Part shown: piece by piece, positions 1 to 9,838 of the stretch
How positions within the stretch are numbered: the first letter of the stretch is position 1
Layout of the letters: every line of letters begins with the position of its first letter
Source of the DNA: Terriglobia bacterium
Lineage (GTDB): Bacteria > Acidobacteriota > Polarisedimenticolia > Polarisedimenticolales > JAIQFR01
DNA length: 64,000 bases
NCBI GenBank assembly: GCA_963748015.1
Contig: CAVVHE010000006.1
Location: 160,001 to 224,000 of the forward strand
Direction of reading: 5' to 3'
The notes under the pieces: model-generated
Database searches by the model: none
Seen by the model: only the letters and a program-made list of their open reading frames with translations
What the model was told of the DNA's origin: nothing
Program-made: the position numbers and the translations under genes

Positions 1-1
1 G

Positions 2-1042
2 ACGCCGTTCAAGCAGTTCGCCCTGGTCGTCACGGCGGAGCCTCTCCCCGTCGTCCGGCGGGTCTCGGAGCTCGTCGCGTTCGTCTCGTTGCCCTCGAAG
101 GAGAAGCTCGCGAAGAACTCCACCTTCGCCTTCGGCGCTTTCCGTACGGGCACGAAGCGCGACAACGAGTCCATCGCCGGCCTCGAGTACAAGGACAAGA
201 TCCCGGTGGAGCTCCAGCAAGCCCGGAAGGCGATCGCGCTGATGGACCGCTACGAGGCGGAGAAGTACGCGCAGCAGGCGGCACGGGACGCGCGGGTCGC
301 CTTGGGACAGGCCGAAGACGCCTACTCGGGCCGGGTGGGGAAGAGCAAGGACGTGCCGGAGCTTTCCCTCCGCACCCTCGCCCTCGCATCGGAGGCCGTG
401 CGGGTGGCGCTGAAGCAGATCGACGCGCAGAAGGTGAAGGATGCCGAGGCCAAGCAGCTCGCCGCGCTGGCCGAGAAGCAGGCCGAGACCGAGGCGGAAA
501 AAGCGGCGCGCATGAAGACCGAGGCGGACCTCGCGTCGGTTCAGGCGCAGCAGCAGGCCCTGAAGATCGAGATGGCGCGGATCGCGGCGGATCGCGAGCA
601 GATCCGGCAGGAACGGGACGCTCTCGCGAAGCGGCTGTCCGGCGCCCTTGGCACGGTGTCGGCCACCGAGCGCACGGCTCGGGGGCTCGTGGTGAGCCTC
701 TCGGGGGGTATCCTCTTCGAGACGGGGAAGTCGGACCTCAAGGCCGGCGCCAAGATCTCCCTCGCCAAGCTCTCCGGGATCCTGCTCATGATCCCGACCG
801 CGAACATCCAGGTCGAGGGGCACACCGACTCGACGGGAACCGAGGCGACGAACGTCAAGCTGTCCCAGGATCGGGCGTCGTCGGTGATGGACTTCATGAA
901 GGCGCAGGGTGTCGACGGGACGCGGATGACGGCCAAGGGGCTCGCCGCGGCCCAACCCGTGGCGTCGAACGACACCCCCGACGGGCGGGCCAAGAACCGC
1001 CGCGTCGAGATCGTCGTTCCCGAGGATAACGCGGCGAAGTGA
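2..1042 (+). CDS. OmpA-family peptidoglycan-binding protein with coiled coil (5'-truncated by window edge)
   Basis: Frame is open from base 2. C-terminal OmpA_C motifs ILFETGKSDL, VEGHTDSTG, LSQDRA, NRRVEI follow an Ala/Glu/Gln-rich coiled coil. Confidence 0.9.
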   Translation, partial: TPFKQFALVVTAEPLPVVRRVSELVAFVSLPSKEKLAKNSTFAFGAFRTGTKRDNESIAGLEYKDKIPVELQQARKAIALMDRYEAEKYAQQAARDARVALGQAEDAYSGRVGKSKDVPELSLRTLALASEAVRVALKQIDAQKVKDAEAKQLAALAEKQAETEAEKAARMKTEADLASVQAQQQALKIEMARIAADREQIRQERDALAKRLSGALGTVSATERTARGLVVSLSGGILFETGKSDLKAGAKISLAKLSGILLMIPTANIQVEGHTDSTGTEATNVKLSQDRASSVMDFMKAQGVDGTRMTAKGLAAAQPVASNDTPDGRAKNRRVEIVVPEDNAAK

Positions 1043-1086
1043 GGGGTTACGCTTCCGGCTCTTCCTGAGCGGGAAAAGAGTCGAAA

Positions 1087-1121
1087 TGGACCGGCCGGTT
1101 GGCCGCCAGCCGGCCGGTCCA
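1087..1121. terminator. GC-rich hairpin between convergent genes (probable bidirectional terminator)
   Basis: Inverted repeat TGGACCGGCCGGTTGG / CCAGCCGGCCGGTCCA between the two stop codons; U-tracts are weak. Confidence 0.55.
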
Positions 1122-1134
1122 CTCGTTCGTTACA

Positions 1135-2148
1135 CTAGCGGGGCGTGACGGCGTAAGGGTTCGCGCCCAGCTTCTCGTCCACGAACTGGATCGCCTTCTG
1201 CGCCTTGACGCTGTTGCCCGCGGCGTCGAGCGGGGGCGAGATCACAGCGATCCCGAACTTCCCCGGCGAGACGGCGAGAATACCGCCGCCGACGCCGCTC
1301 TTCCCCGGCAGCCCCGTCTTGTAGAGCCATTTGCCGGAATCGTCGTAGAGGCCCGCGGTCGCCATGACGGCCAGGACCTCGGGGACGTTCTCGTTCTTCA
1401 TGACCTGCTTGCCGGTCACCGGGTTCTTCCCGCCGTTCGCGAGCGTGGCCGCCATCGTGGCGAGGTCCTTCGCGTTCACGCTGATGGCGCACTGCTCGGT
1501 GTAGATGTCGGTGGCCTGCAGCGGCTTGTCCTTGATGTGGCCGTAGGCGTACATGAGCATCGAGATCGCCTGGTTGCGCTGGTTCGTGTCGGCCTCGGAC
1601 TTGAAGACCTCCTGGTTGACCGACAGCGGCCGCCCCGCGAACTCCCCGTGCCAGGCCAGGATCTTCTTCCAGATCTCGTCGCGGCTCGCGCCCTTGACCA
1701 TGCTCGTCGTGGTGATGGCGCCGGGGTTCACCATCGCGTTCATCTCCGCGCCCTTGTACTGCTCGACCGCCACGATCGAGTTGAAGACCTGCCCGGTCGC
1801 GTCGACGCCCATGTTGTTGTAGATCGCGTCGGTGCCCTGCTCCTCCATCACCAGCGCCATCGTGAAGACCTTCGAGATCGACTGGATGGACACCTCGGAC
1901 TTGACATCGCCTGTGGTGTAGATCTTCCCGTCCACCGTCACGAGCGCGATGCCGAAGATCTTGGAGTCCACCTTGGCGAGCGCTGGGATGTAGTCGGCGT
2001 TCTTGCCTTCCTGGAGCCCGACGTACTTGTCGTACGCCGCCTTGAGCGCGGCATCGATGTCGGCCTTCGCCGGCGCCTGCGCGTACGCGGCCATCGTGGC
2101 GGCACACGCGATCAGGACGAGCGCTGCGATCAGGAATCGGTTCCGCAT
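1135..2148 (-). CDS. glsA: Glutaminase A with N-terminal signal peptide
   Basis: Motifs ADYIPALA, QSISK (SxxK), NAMVNPGAI, GLYDDSG, PGKSGVGGG, SPPLD..GNSV. N-terminus MRNRFLIAALVLIACAATMAAYAQA is Sec-like. Confidence 0.93.
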   Translation of the reverse strand: MRNRFLIAALVLIACAATMAAYAQAPAKADIDAALKAAYDKYVGLQEGKNADYIPALAKVDSKIFGIALVTVDGKIYTTGDVKSEVSIQSISKVFTMALVMEEQGTDAIYNNMGVDATGQVFNSIVAVEQYKGAEMNAMVNPGAITTTSMVKGASRDEIWKKILAWHGEFAGRPLSVNQEVFKSEADTNQRNQAISMLMYAYGHIKDKPLQATDIYTEQCAISVNAKDLATMAATLANGGKNPVTGKQVMKNENVPEVLAVMATAGLYDDSGKWLYKTGLPGKSGVGGGILAVSPGKFGIAVISPPLDAAGNSVKAQKAIQFVDEKLGANPYAVTPR

Positions 2149-2154
2149 GACGGG

Positions 2155-3354
2155 CTATCCTCCGAACTTCATCGAGAAGTTGTACTTGAACGAGACCTGC
2201 AGGCGGTAGTCGTCCACCGTCCAGCCGTCCGAGTTGTTCTGGCGCTGGCCCCACTGGAACTCCGCCCCGTACATGACGCCCGGGACCGGAGTGCGGAGGA
2301 GGTTGACGAGCGCATACTGCCCCTTCTTGAACGCGCTCGACGACTGTCCGTCGCTGTTGTCGATGTCCACCATCGAGTAGCCGATGCTGGTGCTCAACTT
2401 GCTGCTCCACGAGTGGTCGAGGAAGGCCACGATGCCGAGGATCGGCAGCGGCTCGCCGGGGTCGGTCGGATCCTCCGTGATCCCGACGTCCACGGTGGCG
2501 TCGTTCATGTAGTTCTCGATCCCCTCGCCGTAGACGACCGACGCCCGGAGGACGTCATCCGAGAACTTGAAGTTCGTGCTCAGGTTCACGCCCCAGCCGA
2601 GCGCATCTCCCGATAGGTCGTAAACTCCCGGGTCCATGTCGTCCCACTTGATCTCGCGGAGAATGCCGGCCGCCTGGACGTGCCCCCACTTCCTCGTCAT
2701 CCGGTAGTGCGCGGAGAGGTCCGGGAGCGGGTAGCGGCCCTTGACCCGGCCGGGTTCGATGATATCGCTGTAGTTCCCGGCGTCACCGGAGGCGCCCGGC
2801 CGCTCTAGGGCCACGAACAGCTCGTCCTCGCCCTGCATGGGCATCCAGCGGATCTGGACGTTCCGGAAGAAGACCATGCCGCTCGGCCCCCAGTACTCGA
2901 TCGAGTTCGGGAACACGTCGATGTCCATGAACGGGCTCCAGGACTGGCCCGCGCCCCAGTGTCCCAGCTCTCCCCAGGCGTGCCGCAAGCGGATCGTCGT
3001 CTGCCCCGCGTCCGCGCCGACCCCGAACATCTCGAACTCGAAGATGGTCTTCAGCTCGCCGAGGGCCGTGGGGAAGTACCCCTTCACGCCGAGCCGGCTC
3101 TGGCGCACGCCGGCGTAGGTGTTTCCGTCCTTGCCCCACTGGTCCTTGTACTCAGGGAGCTTCGTCGGCCGCACCACGTCGAACCAGTCCGGGTCCGTCT
3201 GCTTGAAGTCGTACCCCATGTCCAGCATCGCGAAGCCGTAGAGCTCCACCTTCGGTTTTTCCTGCGCGAACGCAGGGATTGCCAGGACGGCGAGAACCGC
3301 CACCGCGACGACCGCGAGCGCGCCCGCCCGGCGTCTTACGATTCCACTCCGCAT
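2155..3354 (-). CDS. DcaP-family outer-membrane porin
   Basis: Signal peptide, then RQSRLG, IRLRHAWGE, GQSWSPFMD motifs and a terminal beta strand (SFKYNF). Start placed at MRSGIV after an AGGAGG RBS. Confidence 0.85.
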   Translation of the reverse strand: MRSGIVRRRAGALAVVAVAVLAVLAIPAFAQEKPKVELYGFAMLDMGYDFKQTDPDWFDVVRPTKLPEYKDQWGKDGNTYAGVRQSRLGVKGYFPTALGELKTIFEFEMFGVGADAGQTTIRLRHAWGELGHWGAGQSWSPFMDIDVFPNSIEYWGPSGMVFFRNVQIRWMPMQGEDELFVALERPGASGDAGNYSDIIEPGRVKGRYPLPDLSAHYRMTRKWGHVQAAGILREIKWDDMDPGVYDLSGDALGWGVNLSTNFKFSDDVLRASVVYGEGIENYMNDATVDVGITEDPTDPGEPLPILGIVAFLDHSWSSKLSTSIGYSMVDIDNSDGQSSSAFKKGQYALVNLLRTPVPGVMYGAEFQWGQRQNNSDGWTVDDYRLQVSFKYNFSMKFGG

Positions 3355-3370
3355 CTTGCCTCCTCCTTTG

Positions 3371-4453
3371 CTATCGGACGTTGGCTTTTTCCCAGGCCCG
3401 CACACGGCGGCGCGCCTCGTCGAACAGACGTTCGTAGTTTCCCTTCAGCAGCTTCTCCCTGGCCTCGGGGGTCAGCCTGGCCAGCAGGGGAGCGTACATG
3501 TCGTAGACCTTCAGGTATTTCTTCTGATCGGACGGGGCCACCTCGTCCGTACCGAAGAGAAATCGGTCGGGGTGGCGGTTGATCACGTCGGCCGTGGCCT
3601 GGGTCGCCTCGGGGCTCGACACCACGTACTTCGCGACCTCGTCCCACGAGATGTCGAAGTAGACGTGCGCGAGCTCCGGATTGTTGATCGCCCGCTCGAT
3701 GATCCCGAGCTGGTCGTGAATGGGGTGGACGATGCGGCCGAGACCGATGTGCGCCCAGATGGTCGTGGTTCGCGGGTGCCGCTTGAAGAGGTCCCGGAGC
3801 TGATAAACCTGGTAGGGCTCTTGTCCCGGCTTCGGGAACGGGGTGTCGATGTCGCTGTGGAGGAGCACGACGAGCCCCGCCTCCGCGGCGAAATCGAAGA
3901 TCCGGTCCAGCGCGGGGTTCGTGAGGCTCGCCGTCTCCCCCGCGATCTTGGCCGACACGAACTCCTTGTGGATCGTGAACTCGCCGATCCCCGAAAACAC
4001 TCCGGGAAACGTCGTCAGCACGCGCTTGATGTGGTCCACCGCGTACATGTCCGCCGGGTTGAACCCCGTGATCATCGGGTCGAATCGGGCCTGCTCCTCC
4101 TTCGTGAGGGACCTATACGCCATCGCGATGAAGGCGTCGGTGAAGGAGTAGTAGTAGAGCGGCGCGTCGGTCTGCAGGTAGTAGGTCGGGGCGAAGTCGC
4201 CGGTGTTCCCGTACGACCAGGTCTGCTGCAGCGGCAGGCCGAACAGCGTGGACCGGCCGACCTTGTCCCCCATGATCTTCAGGAACTCGCGGATGTCCGT
4301 GCCCTGCTGGACGTAGTTCGTCAAATGGAGGTGCGCGTCGTTCACGACGTAACCGTCCGCGCCGGCCGCAACGGCGGCCGAGCGCCCGGCGGCGAGCACG
4401 AGCCCGACCGAGATGACGGCGACGCAGATCCACCGGTTCCGGACGTGTCTCAT
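3371..4453 (-). CDS. Exported amidohydrolase-family (TIM-barrel metallohydrolase) protein
   Basis: Signal peptide, DAHLH (HxH), GIGE, LLHSD, WAHIG, RFLFGTD, NYERLF. Confidence 0.85.
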   Translation of the reverse strand: MRHVRNRWICVAVISVGLVLAAGRSAAVAAGADGYVVNDAHLHLTNYVQQGTDIREFLKIMGDKVGRSTLFGLPLQQTWSYGNTGDFAPTYYLQTDAPLYYYSFTDAFIAMAYRSLTKEEQARFDPMITGFNPADMYAVDHIKRVLTTFPGVFSGIGEFTIHKEFVSAKIAGETASLTNPALDRIFDFAAEAGLVVLLHSDIDTPFPKPGQEPYQVYQLRDLFKRHPRTTTIWAHIGLGRIVHPIHDQLGIIERAINNPELAHVYFDISWDEVAKYVVSSPEATQATADVINRHPDRFLFGTDEVAPSDQKKYLKVYDMYAPLLARLTPEAREKLLKGNYERLFDEARRRVRAWEKANVR

Positions 4454-4469
4454 GATCCGACTCCTTCCG

Positions 4470-6026
4470 TCAGAACAGAATCGACGTGGCCACCGAAACC
4501 GTCGGCCCCTTCTGCCCGCCCACGTAGAAGCCGAACGTGCTGCTGGCCGGGGAGCGGTCCACGCGCATGAACTGCAGGTTCGACCGAATGTTTCGGGAGT
4601 CGAACCAGAAGTAGTTCATGCCCAGGAGGTACTCGTGGCTCGTCTTGAACCCGGCGCTCTCGTCGCCAAACACCCACGACGTCGCGCCGTACACCTCGAG
4701 CTTCTTCTTGATCGGGTAGCCGGCGGCCTGCACGTAGAAGCCGGTGTCGACGATCTCCGTGACCGGAATCGGCCCGTCCGCCTTGAAGCCGTTGAGCCAC
4801 CGCTTGTACATCTCGACCTGGACGAAGATACCGCGGTACTTCACGCCGGCGTCCACCGACAGGAGGCGAACGTCGGCCTCTTGCACGGTGAAGCCCGTGG
4901 CCAGCGAGCCCGTGTCGAAGAGGTTGAGGCTGTCGGCGATCTTCACCTGGGTGTTCTCGGGCGTGCCGTCCGCCTGTTCTTGCCGGTCCTCCCCGCTCCT
5001 GGCCACCGAGAATCCGAACCGCGTCGCCACCTTCTCGTGGTACTCCCAGTCGTCGTACGCGCCGTTCGGGCCGAACTCGTGCGTCGTCGGCATCCACCAC
5101 ATCGACCCGCCGGTGGCGAGGCTCCTGTTGAGCTGCTTGGCGGTGATGCCGAGATTGCTCAGGTTGTTGCCGACGGCGAGCTGGTACCAGAGGCCCGGCG
5201 CCACCTCGCCGTTGGCCCAGATGCCGTTGGTGAACGCGCCCCGGAAGAACTCGTCGGCCATGACGCGGTCGTTGGCCAGCCAGAACGGGTGGGATCCGTA
5301 CAGCGAGCGGCTTCCCCCGATCCCGTTCGTGCCGCCGTAGAGGTTGAAGTACTTGTTGAACTGGTAACCGAAGAAGCCGTACAGGGTCGTCTGGTCGGTC
5401 GACTGGACGGTCCAGATGGTGATCTGGTAGCGGAACTTCGGCGAGCCGAGCCACCCTCGGAAATGGACCATCGCACGGTGAAACTGGATGTCCCTGCGGG
5501 TGTCGATGGGGCGCACGCCCCCGAGGTGATCGGTGAACTCCTGTGTGGCCGGCATCTGGTTGATGTACCGCACGAGCGCGTAGCCGCCGATCTTCAACTC
5601 GCCGGCGCTCGTCCGGCCGACCAGGAAGCCCGAGCCGCTGGCGTCGAACACCCCATAGCTCGACCGTTCGGGCTCGTCCGGTCCCGCGTTGGGTCCACCG
5701 ATGAACTTCTCCTTCGCGCTCGCGGGCTCCGGGGGCGTGCCAGCCGCCTGCCCCAGCACGAACTCGCCGCCGCACCCATCCGAGACCCAGATGCCCTTGT
5801 CGTCGTAGCCCCACGTCTTGCCCAGGAGGCACGGCGCGGCTCCCGCGGCAGCGACGAGCGCGACGCCTGCCGACGTGTTGGCGGGGCAGTGATTGCGGCT
5901 GCCCGCGTCGGAGGAGCAGGTGATCTTCGAGCCGGGAGAGGCCGGCGGGGCGGCGAGTGCCGGCAGGAAACCGGCGCCCGCGAAGACTAGGATCAAGACC
6001 GTCAGGCCCTTCGAATACCCCGTCAC
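4470..6026 (-). CDS. DUF3011-domain / outer-membrane porin fusion
   Basis: GTG start after GGAGG; signal peptide; ITCSS..RNHC..CLLGKTWGYDDKGIWVSDGCGGEF module; aromatic-rich barrel ending in F. The stop lies just upstream of the amidohydrolase RBS. Confidence 0.75.
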   Translation of the reverse strand: MTGYSKGLTVLILVFAGAGFLPALAAPPASPGSKITCSSDAGSRNHCPANTSAGVALVAAAGAAPCLLGKTWGYDDKGIWVSDGCGGEFVLGQAAGTPPEPASAKEKFIGGPNAGPDEPERSSYGVFDASGSGFLVGRTSAGELKIGGYALVRYINQMPATQEFTDHLGGVRPIDTRRDIQFHRAMVHFRGWLGSPKFRYQITIWTVQSTDQTTLYGFFGYQFNKYFNLYGGTNGIGGSRSLYGSHPFWLANDRVMADEFFRGAFTNGIWANGEVAPGLWYQLAVGNNLSNLGITAKQLNRSLATGGSMWWMPTTHEFGPNGAYDDWEYHEKVATRFGFSVARSGEDRQEQADGTPENTQVKIADSLNLFDTGSLATGFTVQEADVRLLSVDAGVKYRGIFVQVEMYKRWLNGFKADGPIPVTEIVDTGFYVQAAGYPIKKKLEVYGATSWVFGDESAGFKTSHEYLLGMNYFWFDSRNIRSNLQFMRVDRSPASSTFGFYVGGQKGPTVSVATSILF

Positions 6027-6255
6027 GGATCTTCCTCCGTAGTTAGCGCCGCTCCGCGAGGAAAGGACAGCAAACCCCCGCGCGGACCGCGTCGGCGATC
6101 GGCCGGGAGCGCGCACCTCGCATTCGTTTCGGTTATCGTGGCCCCCAACCTCCGCGGATCATAGCGCGGGTCGGCGGTGCAGGGACCTCGTAAAACTACC
6201 AGCACCGCTTGGGACGGACTATTTGCGGAGACGGGAAAGCGGTTCGGCGCTCCCG

Positions 6256-7857
6256 TCAGAACCTGAAGATTCCCACGACCTGGATCTGGTCGGACTCCCC
6301 GCGCTCGCCGTTCTTGTTCTCCCGCGTCCCGAATACGTACTCGCCTCCAACGTCGATCCGGTTCGTCGGGGAGAAGACGAGATTGACCGAGAGGCGATTG
6401 GTCGTCCGGTATGCGTCGTCCGGCTGGAAGGCGAGGTTGTCCACGGTGACGAAGCTCCAGATGAGCGACGAGCGGAGCTTCATGTCGCGTCCCAGCTTCC
6501 ACCCCTTCCACTGGTGCTCGTAGTCCACGTACCAGCCGGCGGCGGGAATCGTATAGAGGCGGCCGGTGTCGTCGAACGCTGCGTCCTGCCCGCCGAGCGA
6601 GTTGAGATCGTTGATGTAGCGCGCGTTCCCTTTTCCGAACGTCAGCTGGAAAATGAACCGGTCCGTCAGGTCGAAGTAGCGGAACGGCAGGACGCCGCTA
6701 ACACTCGCCCCCCACGCGAAGGCCGATTGCACGGCCCCCGGCGCCTCGGTCCACTCGCCGCGGATCTGGCGGAGGACGACGGCTCCCTGCAGGTGCCCGA
6801 TCTCCTTGAAGCTCCAGACGGAGCGGCCGATCAGGTCCGGGATCAGGTTCACCCCCTGCCCCCCGCTCAGGGAGACCTGCGGGGTTTCCGCGGCCGCCGC
6901 CACGCTGAGGTCGTCGTGCACCTGCCACGTGTAGCGGAACTGCGGCTGCCGGATCACGTTCTCGCCGTTGATCCCCTCGAAGTCCAGGTCCTGGTGGTCC
7001 GCGGACGGGTCCGAGAACGTGGACCACGTCTGGCCCATGAGCATCCCCTTGAACTGCGCGTACGCGTGACGGAGCCGGAACGCCGTCCGACTCTCCGAGG
7101 TCGCCCCGGTCGCGCCGTAGAAATCCCCCTCGAGGAACGCGCGCATCTGGCCGACGCCGGTCGGCGTGCGCATCTCGAAGTTCAGGCGGCTCGTGTTCGC
7201 GGAGAACGTGGTGCGCTTCCCCTTGCCCGCGGCCGCGTCCTCTGCGGTCACCGGGATCGAGTTGGTCAGGAACCGGTCCTCGGAGCCCAGGGGACCGAGG
7301 GTGAAGACAGCCGCCGTCCGGATACGGCCGCCGAACTTGATGGCGGCGTCGGTGCCCGGGACCCGCATCGAGCCGGGGAACTCCCCAGCGGACACCACGG
7401 TCGGAGGAAGCTCCGGCGGCTTCTGGGCCTCCGCCTCGATGCGCGCGAGACGCTTGGCAAGCTCCTCCTGCTCCTGTAGGCCGGGGACCTGCTGCGCGAG
7501 CTCGTCGAGGCGGCGGGTCAGCTCGGCGAGCTTCTGCTCCATGTCCGCCAGCTTCGTCTTCTGCTCATCGATGACGAGGGCCTGCTCGCCGATCTTCGAA
7601 TCCTGCTCGGCGATCTTCGCCTGCTGCTCGGCGACGAGCGTCCGCTGCGCCTCGACAAGAGCCCGCTGCTCCTCGAGCAGGCGCGCCAGCTCGGCGACGG
7701 TCGGCTTCTTCTTGGCGGGGGGCTTCGCGGCCTGCTTCGGAGGGGTCTTCGGCGGGTTTTCCGCCGCGGGCGCCGCGAGGGAGATCGTGAAGGACGCGAC
7801 GAGCGCGCCTAACGCAAGGCCGATCCGGGCGAATCGCTTCGAGAGGCTCCGTTCCAC
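6256..7857 (-). CDS. DcaP-family porin with long N-terminal coiled coil
   Basis: Signal peptide, heptad coil, then SRLNFE, FRLRHAYAQ, GQTWSTFSD, IRQPQFRY; ends IFRF. Confidence 0.85.
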   Translation of the reverse strand: MERSLSKRFARIGLALGALVASFTISLAAPAAENPPKTPPKQAAKPPAKKKPTVAELARLLEEQRALVEAQRTLVAEQQAKIAEQDSKIGEQALVIDEQKTKLADMEQKLAELTRRLDELAQQVPGLQEQEELAKRLARIEAEAQKPPELPPTVVSAGEFPGSMRVPGTDAAIKFGGRIRTAAVFTLGPLGSEDRFLTNSIPVTAEDAAAGKGKRTTFSANTSRLNFEMRTPTGVGQMRAFLEGDFYGATGATSESRTAFRLRHAYAQFKGMLMGQTWSTFSDPSADHQDLDFEGINGENVIRQPQFRYTWQVHDDLSVAAAAETPQVSLSGGQGVNLIPDLIGRSVWSFKEIGHLQGAVVLRQIRGEWTEAPGAVQSAFAWGASVSGVLPFRYFDLTDRFIFQLTFGKGNARYINDLNSLGGQDAAFDDTGRLYTIPAAGWYVDYEHQWKGWKLGRDMKLRSSLIWSFVTVDNLAFQPDDAYRTTNRLSVNLVFSPTNRIDVGGEYVFGTRENKNGERGESDQIQVVGIFRF

Positions 7858-8064
7858 CGGGCTTCCTCCAGTCTATCGGGGGAGGATCATACCTTCGTCT
7901 TTCCCTTTCCTTGTCTCCCTTTTTCGTCCGGATTCCGCCGGCGACAGGGCGGCGGTCCGATCGGTTCCGAGCTTTGGAGCCGGGATGGTTGTGTGTCATC
8001 ATGTCGCTTTCCGCCGCGTCGGACCGACAGTGCTCGCGCGGCTTTCGAGACAGGAGGGATTCCC

Positions 8065-8739
8065 ATGACGGGTAAGCGTGCGGGAATGCTGGCCGTGCTC
8101 GCGGCGATCGCCGTGCTTGCCGGCTCGAGCGTCTGGGCGGTCGACGAGCCGGTCGTCGGTCACTTCTCCTTCGGGCCGAGCTTCCCGCAGGGAGACGCCA
8201 CCAAGGCCCTCAAGGATGGTTGGGCGATCCACGGCGGCGCGACCTGGTTCTCTCCGAGCAAGCCGGCGCTGGGCCTCCGGCTGGATTTCGGCATCGATTG
8301 GTACGACATGAAGGACGAGTTCCTGAGGGGGATCGACACGAACCCCGACACCGAGATCATCGAGCCGCCGGACAACGGCTACGGACGGGCCTGGTCGGCG
8401 ACCGCGGATCTCATGTGGAACCCCAGGAGCAAGGGCAAAGTAGGCGTGTATCTCGTCGCCGGTGCCGGTATCTACTACACCCAGGCTTGGCTTTCCGAAT
8501 ACGGCTACGGCACGGGCTACTATTGCGACCCGTGGTGGGGCTACTGCTACCCGTATGCGGGCACCGCCGAGTATCTGCTCGAATCCCAGTCCAACTGGGA
8601 GTGGGGTCTCAACGCCGGCATCGGGATGACGATCAAGATCAGCGAGAGGTCGGAGCTGTACCTGGAAACCGTCTATCACTGGATCGACACGAAGAACGGC
8701 GCCGAGATCCTCCCCGTGAGCCTCGGGTTCCGCTGGTAG
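8065..8739 (+). CDS. Small outer-membrane beta-barrel protein
   Basis: Signal peptide, amphipathic strands, WGLNAGIG, C-terminal SLGFRW; GGAGGG RBS. Confidence 0.8.
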   Translation: MTGKRAGMLAVLAAIAVLAGSSVWAVDEPVVGHFSFGPSFPQGDATKALKDGWAIHGGATWFSPSKPALGLRLDFGIDWYDMKDEFLRGIDTNPDTEIIEPPDNGYGRAWSATADLMWNPRSKGKVGVYLVAGAGIYYTQAWLSEYGYGTGYYCDPWWGYCYPYAGTAEYLLESQSNWEWGLNAGIGMTIKISERSELYLETVYHWIDTKNGAEILPVSLGFRW

Positions 8740-8762
8740 CTTCGAGAGCCGTAGCATCCACC

Positions 8763-8805
8763 CGCCGGGCCGCGCGGCTCACGCGCCGCCCGGCGTCCGT
8801 CTTTT
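8763..8805 (+). terminator. Probable intrinsic terminator
   Basis: CGCCGGGC..GCCCGGCG stem followed by TCCGTCTTTT, 24 bp after the stop at 8739. Confidence 0.5.
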
Positions 8806-8880
8806 CCGGACCGTTCCCGCCGGGCGCGATCCTCGCGGACGACGTCACGGTTCTGGTCCTCGCGCGCGGGTGAATGCTGG

Positions 8881-8896
8881 CGGTACGGGCCTTGCG
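8881..8896 (+). promoter_or_regulatory. Putative sigma54 (-24/-12) promoter
   Basis: CGGTACGGGCCTTGCG is GG-N10-GC with TTGC, 36 bp upstream of the ATG at 8932. Confidence 0.45.
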
Positions 8897-8931
8897 GGAT
8901 GTGGAGTCATGACGAGACGAGGGGTGTGCCG

Positions 8932-9780
8932 ATGAAGCGGACGAGGGCGGGCTTCGTCGCGCTCGCGGTATTCGCGCTCGCGTCTCACGGCGGGACTCGG
9001 GCCGAGATGCCGGGCGAAGTCCCGGACAAGCTGCGGTTCTCCCTCGGCGGCATGCTGGCCAACGCCTTCACGGACGCCGGATACGGCTCCGTGAGCGCCG
9101 GCCTCGGCGGCACCGTGAACTTCGAGGACAGCTTCGGCCTGCCCTCCAACAAGGACATCTTCCGCGCCGACGTCAGCTGGCACGTCGCCAAGCGCCAGCT
9201 CATCGACTTCGGCTACTTCAAGCTCGACCGGTCCGGCTCGAGCGTCCTCGACGAGGACATCCAGTGGGGCGACTACGTCTACCAGGCCGGCGGCGAGGTG
9301 AGCGCGCGGTTCAACTCCGAGTTCATCTACGGCGCCTGGCGCTACCTGTTCCTCGACCTGCCCGAGGTGCGGCTCTCCGGCTCGGTGGGAGTGAGCGACA
9401 TCGGCCTCGAGGCGGGTCTCGTCGCGTCGGGCACCGTGACCGATCGCGAGGGCAACGTCGTCGAGGGCACCGTCGACGAGGCCGCCCGCGTCACGGCGCC
9501 GGTGCCGATGGTCGGCCTGCAAGTCGACTACGCGCCGACCCCTCGCCTGGCGTTCCTGGGGTTCTACCGCACCCTCTACGTCAAGGACGTCGCGGGCATC
9601 GACGGCTCGCTCGCCGAGACCTCGATCCGGATGAGCTGGTGGTATGCCAGGCACGCCGGTATCAGCGCCGGCATCGACACCGAGAACATCGATTTGAGGT
9701 CCTACGAGAAGGGCGATACGAAGGCGCGCTTCCGCTACCAGGTGCGCGCCGTATCCGTCTATCTGACCTTTGCCCTCTAG
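8932..9780 (+). CDS. Outer-membrane beta-barrel protein (paralog of 10641..11477)
   Basis: Signal peptide, mature start MPGEVPDKL, alternating hydrophobic strands, IDFGYFKLDRSG. Confidence 0.75.
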   Translation: MKRTRAGFVALAVFALASHGGTRAEMPGEVPDKLRFSLGGMLANAFTDAGYGSVSAGLGGTVNFEDSFGLPSNKDIFRADVSWHVAKRQLIDFGYFKLDRSGSSVLDEDIQWGDYVYQAGGEVSARFNSEFIYGAWRYLFLDLPEVRLSGSVGVSDIGLEAGLVASGTVTDREGNVVEGTVDEAARVTAPVPMVGLQVDYAPTPRLAFLGFYRTLYVKDVAGIDGSLAETSIRMSWWYARHAGISAGIDTENIDLRSYEKGDTKARFRYQVRAVSVYLTFAL

Positions 9781-9838
9781 CGCGCGCGGGTGGGCCTCCG
9801 AATCGAATGAAGTACACTATCGGGTGGAGGATTCTCAC

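Noticed and set aside
6027..6165. Glutamine riboswitch in the leader of the porin-glutaminase operon
   Set aside because: A TATGAT -10 and a GC-rich leader are present, but I could not match the glnA-motif consensus by eye; an Infernal search is needed.
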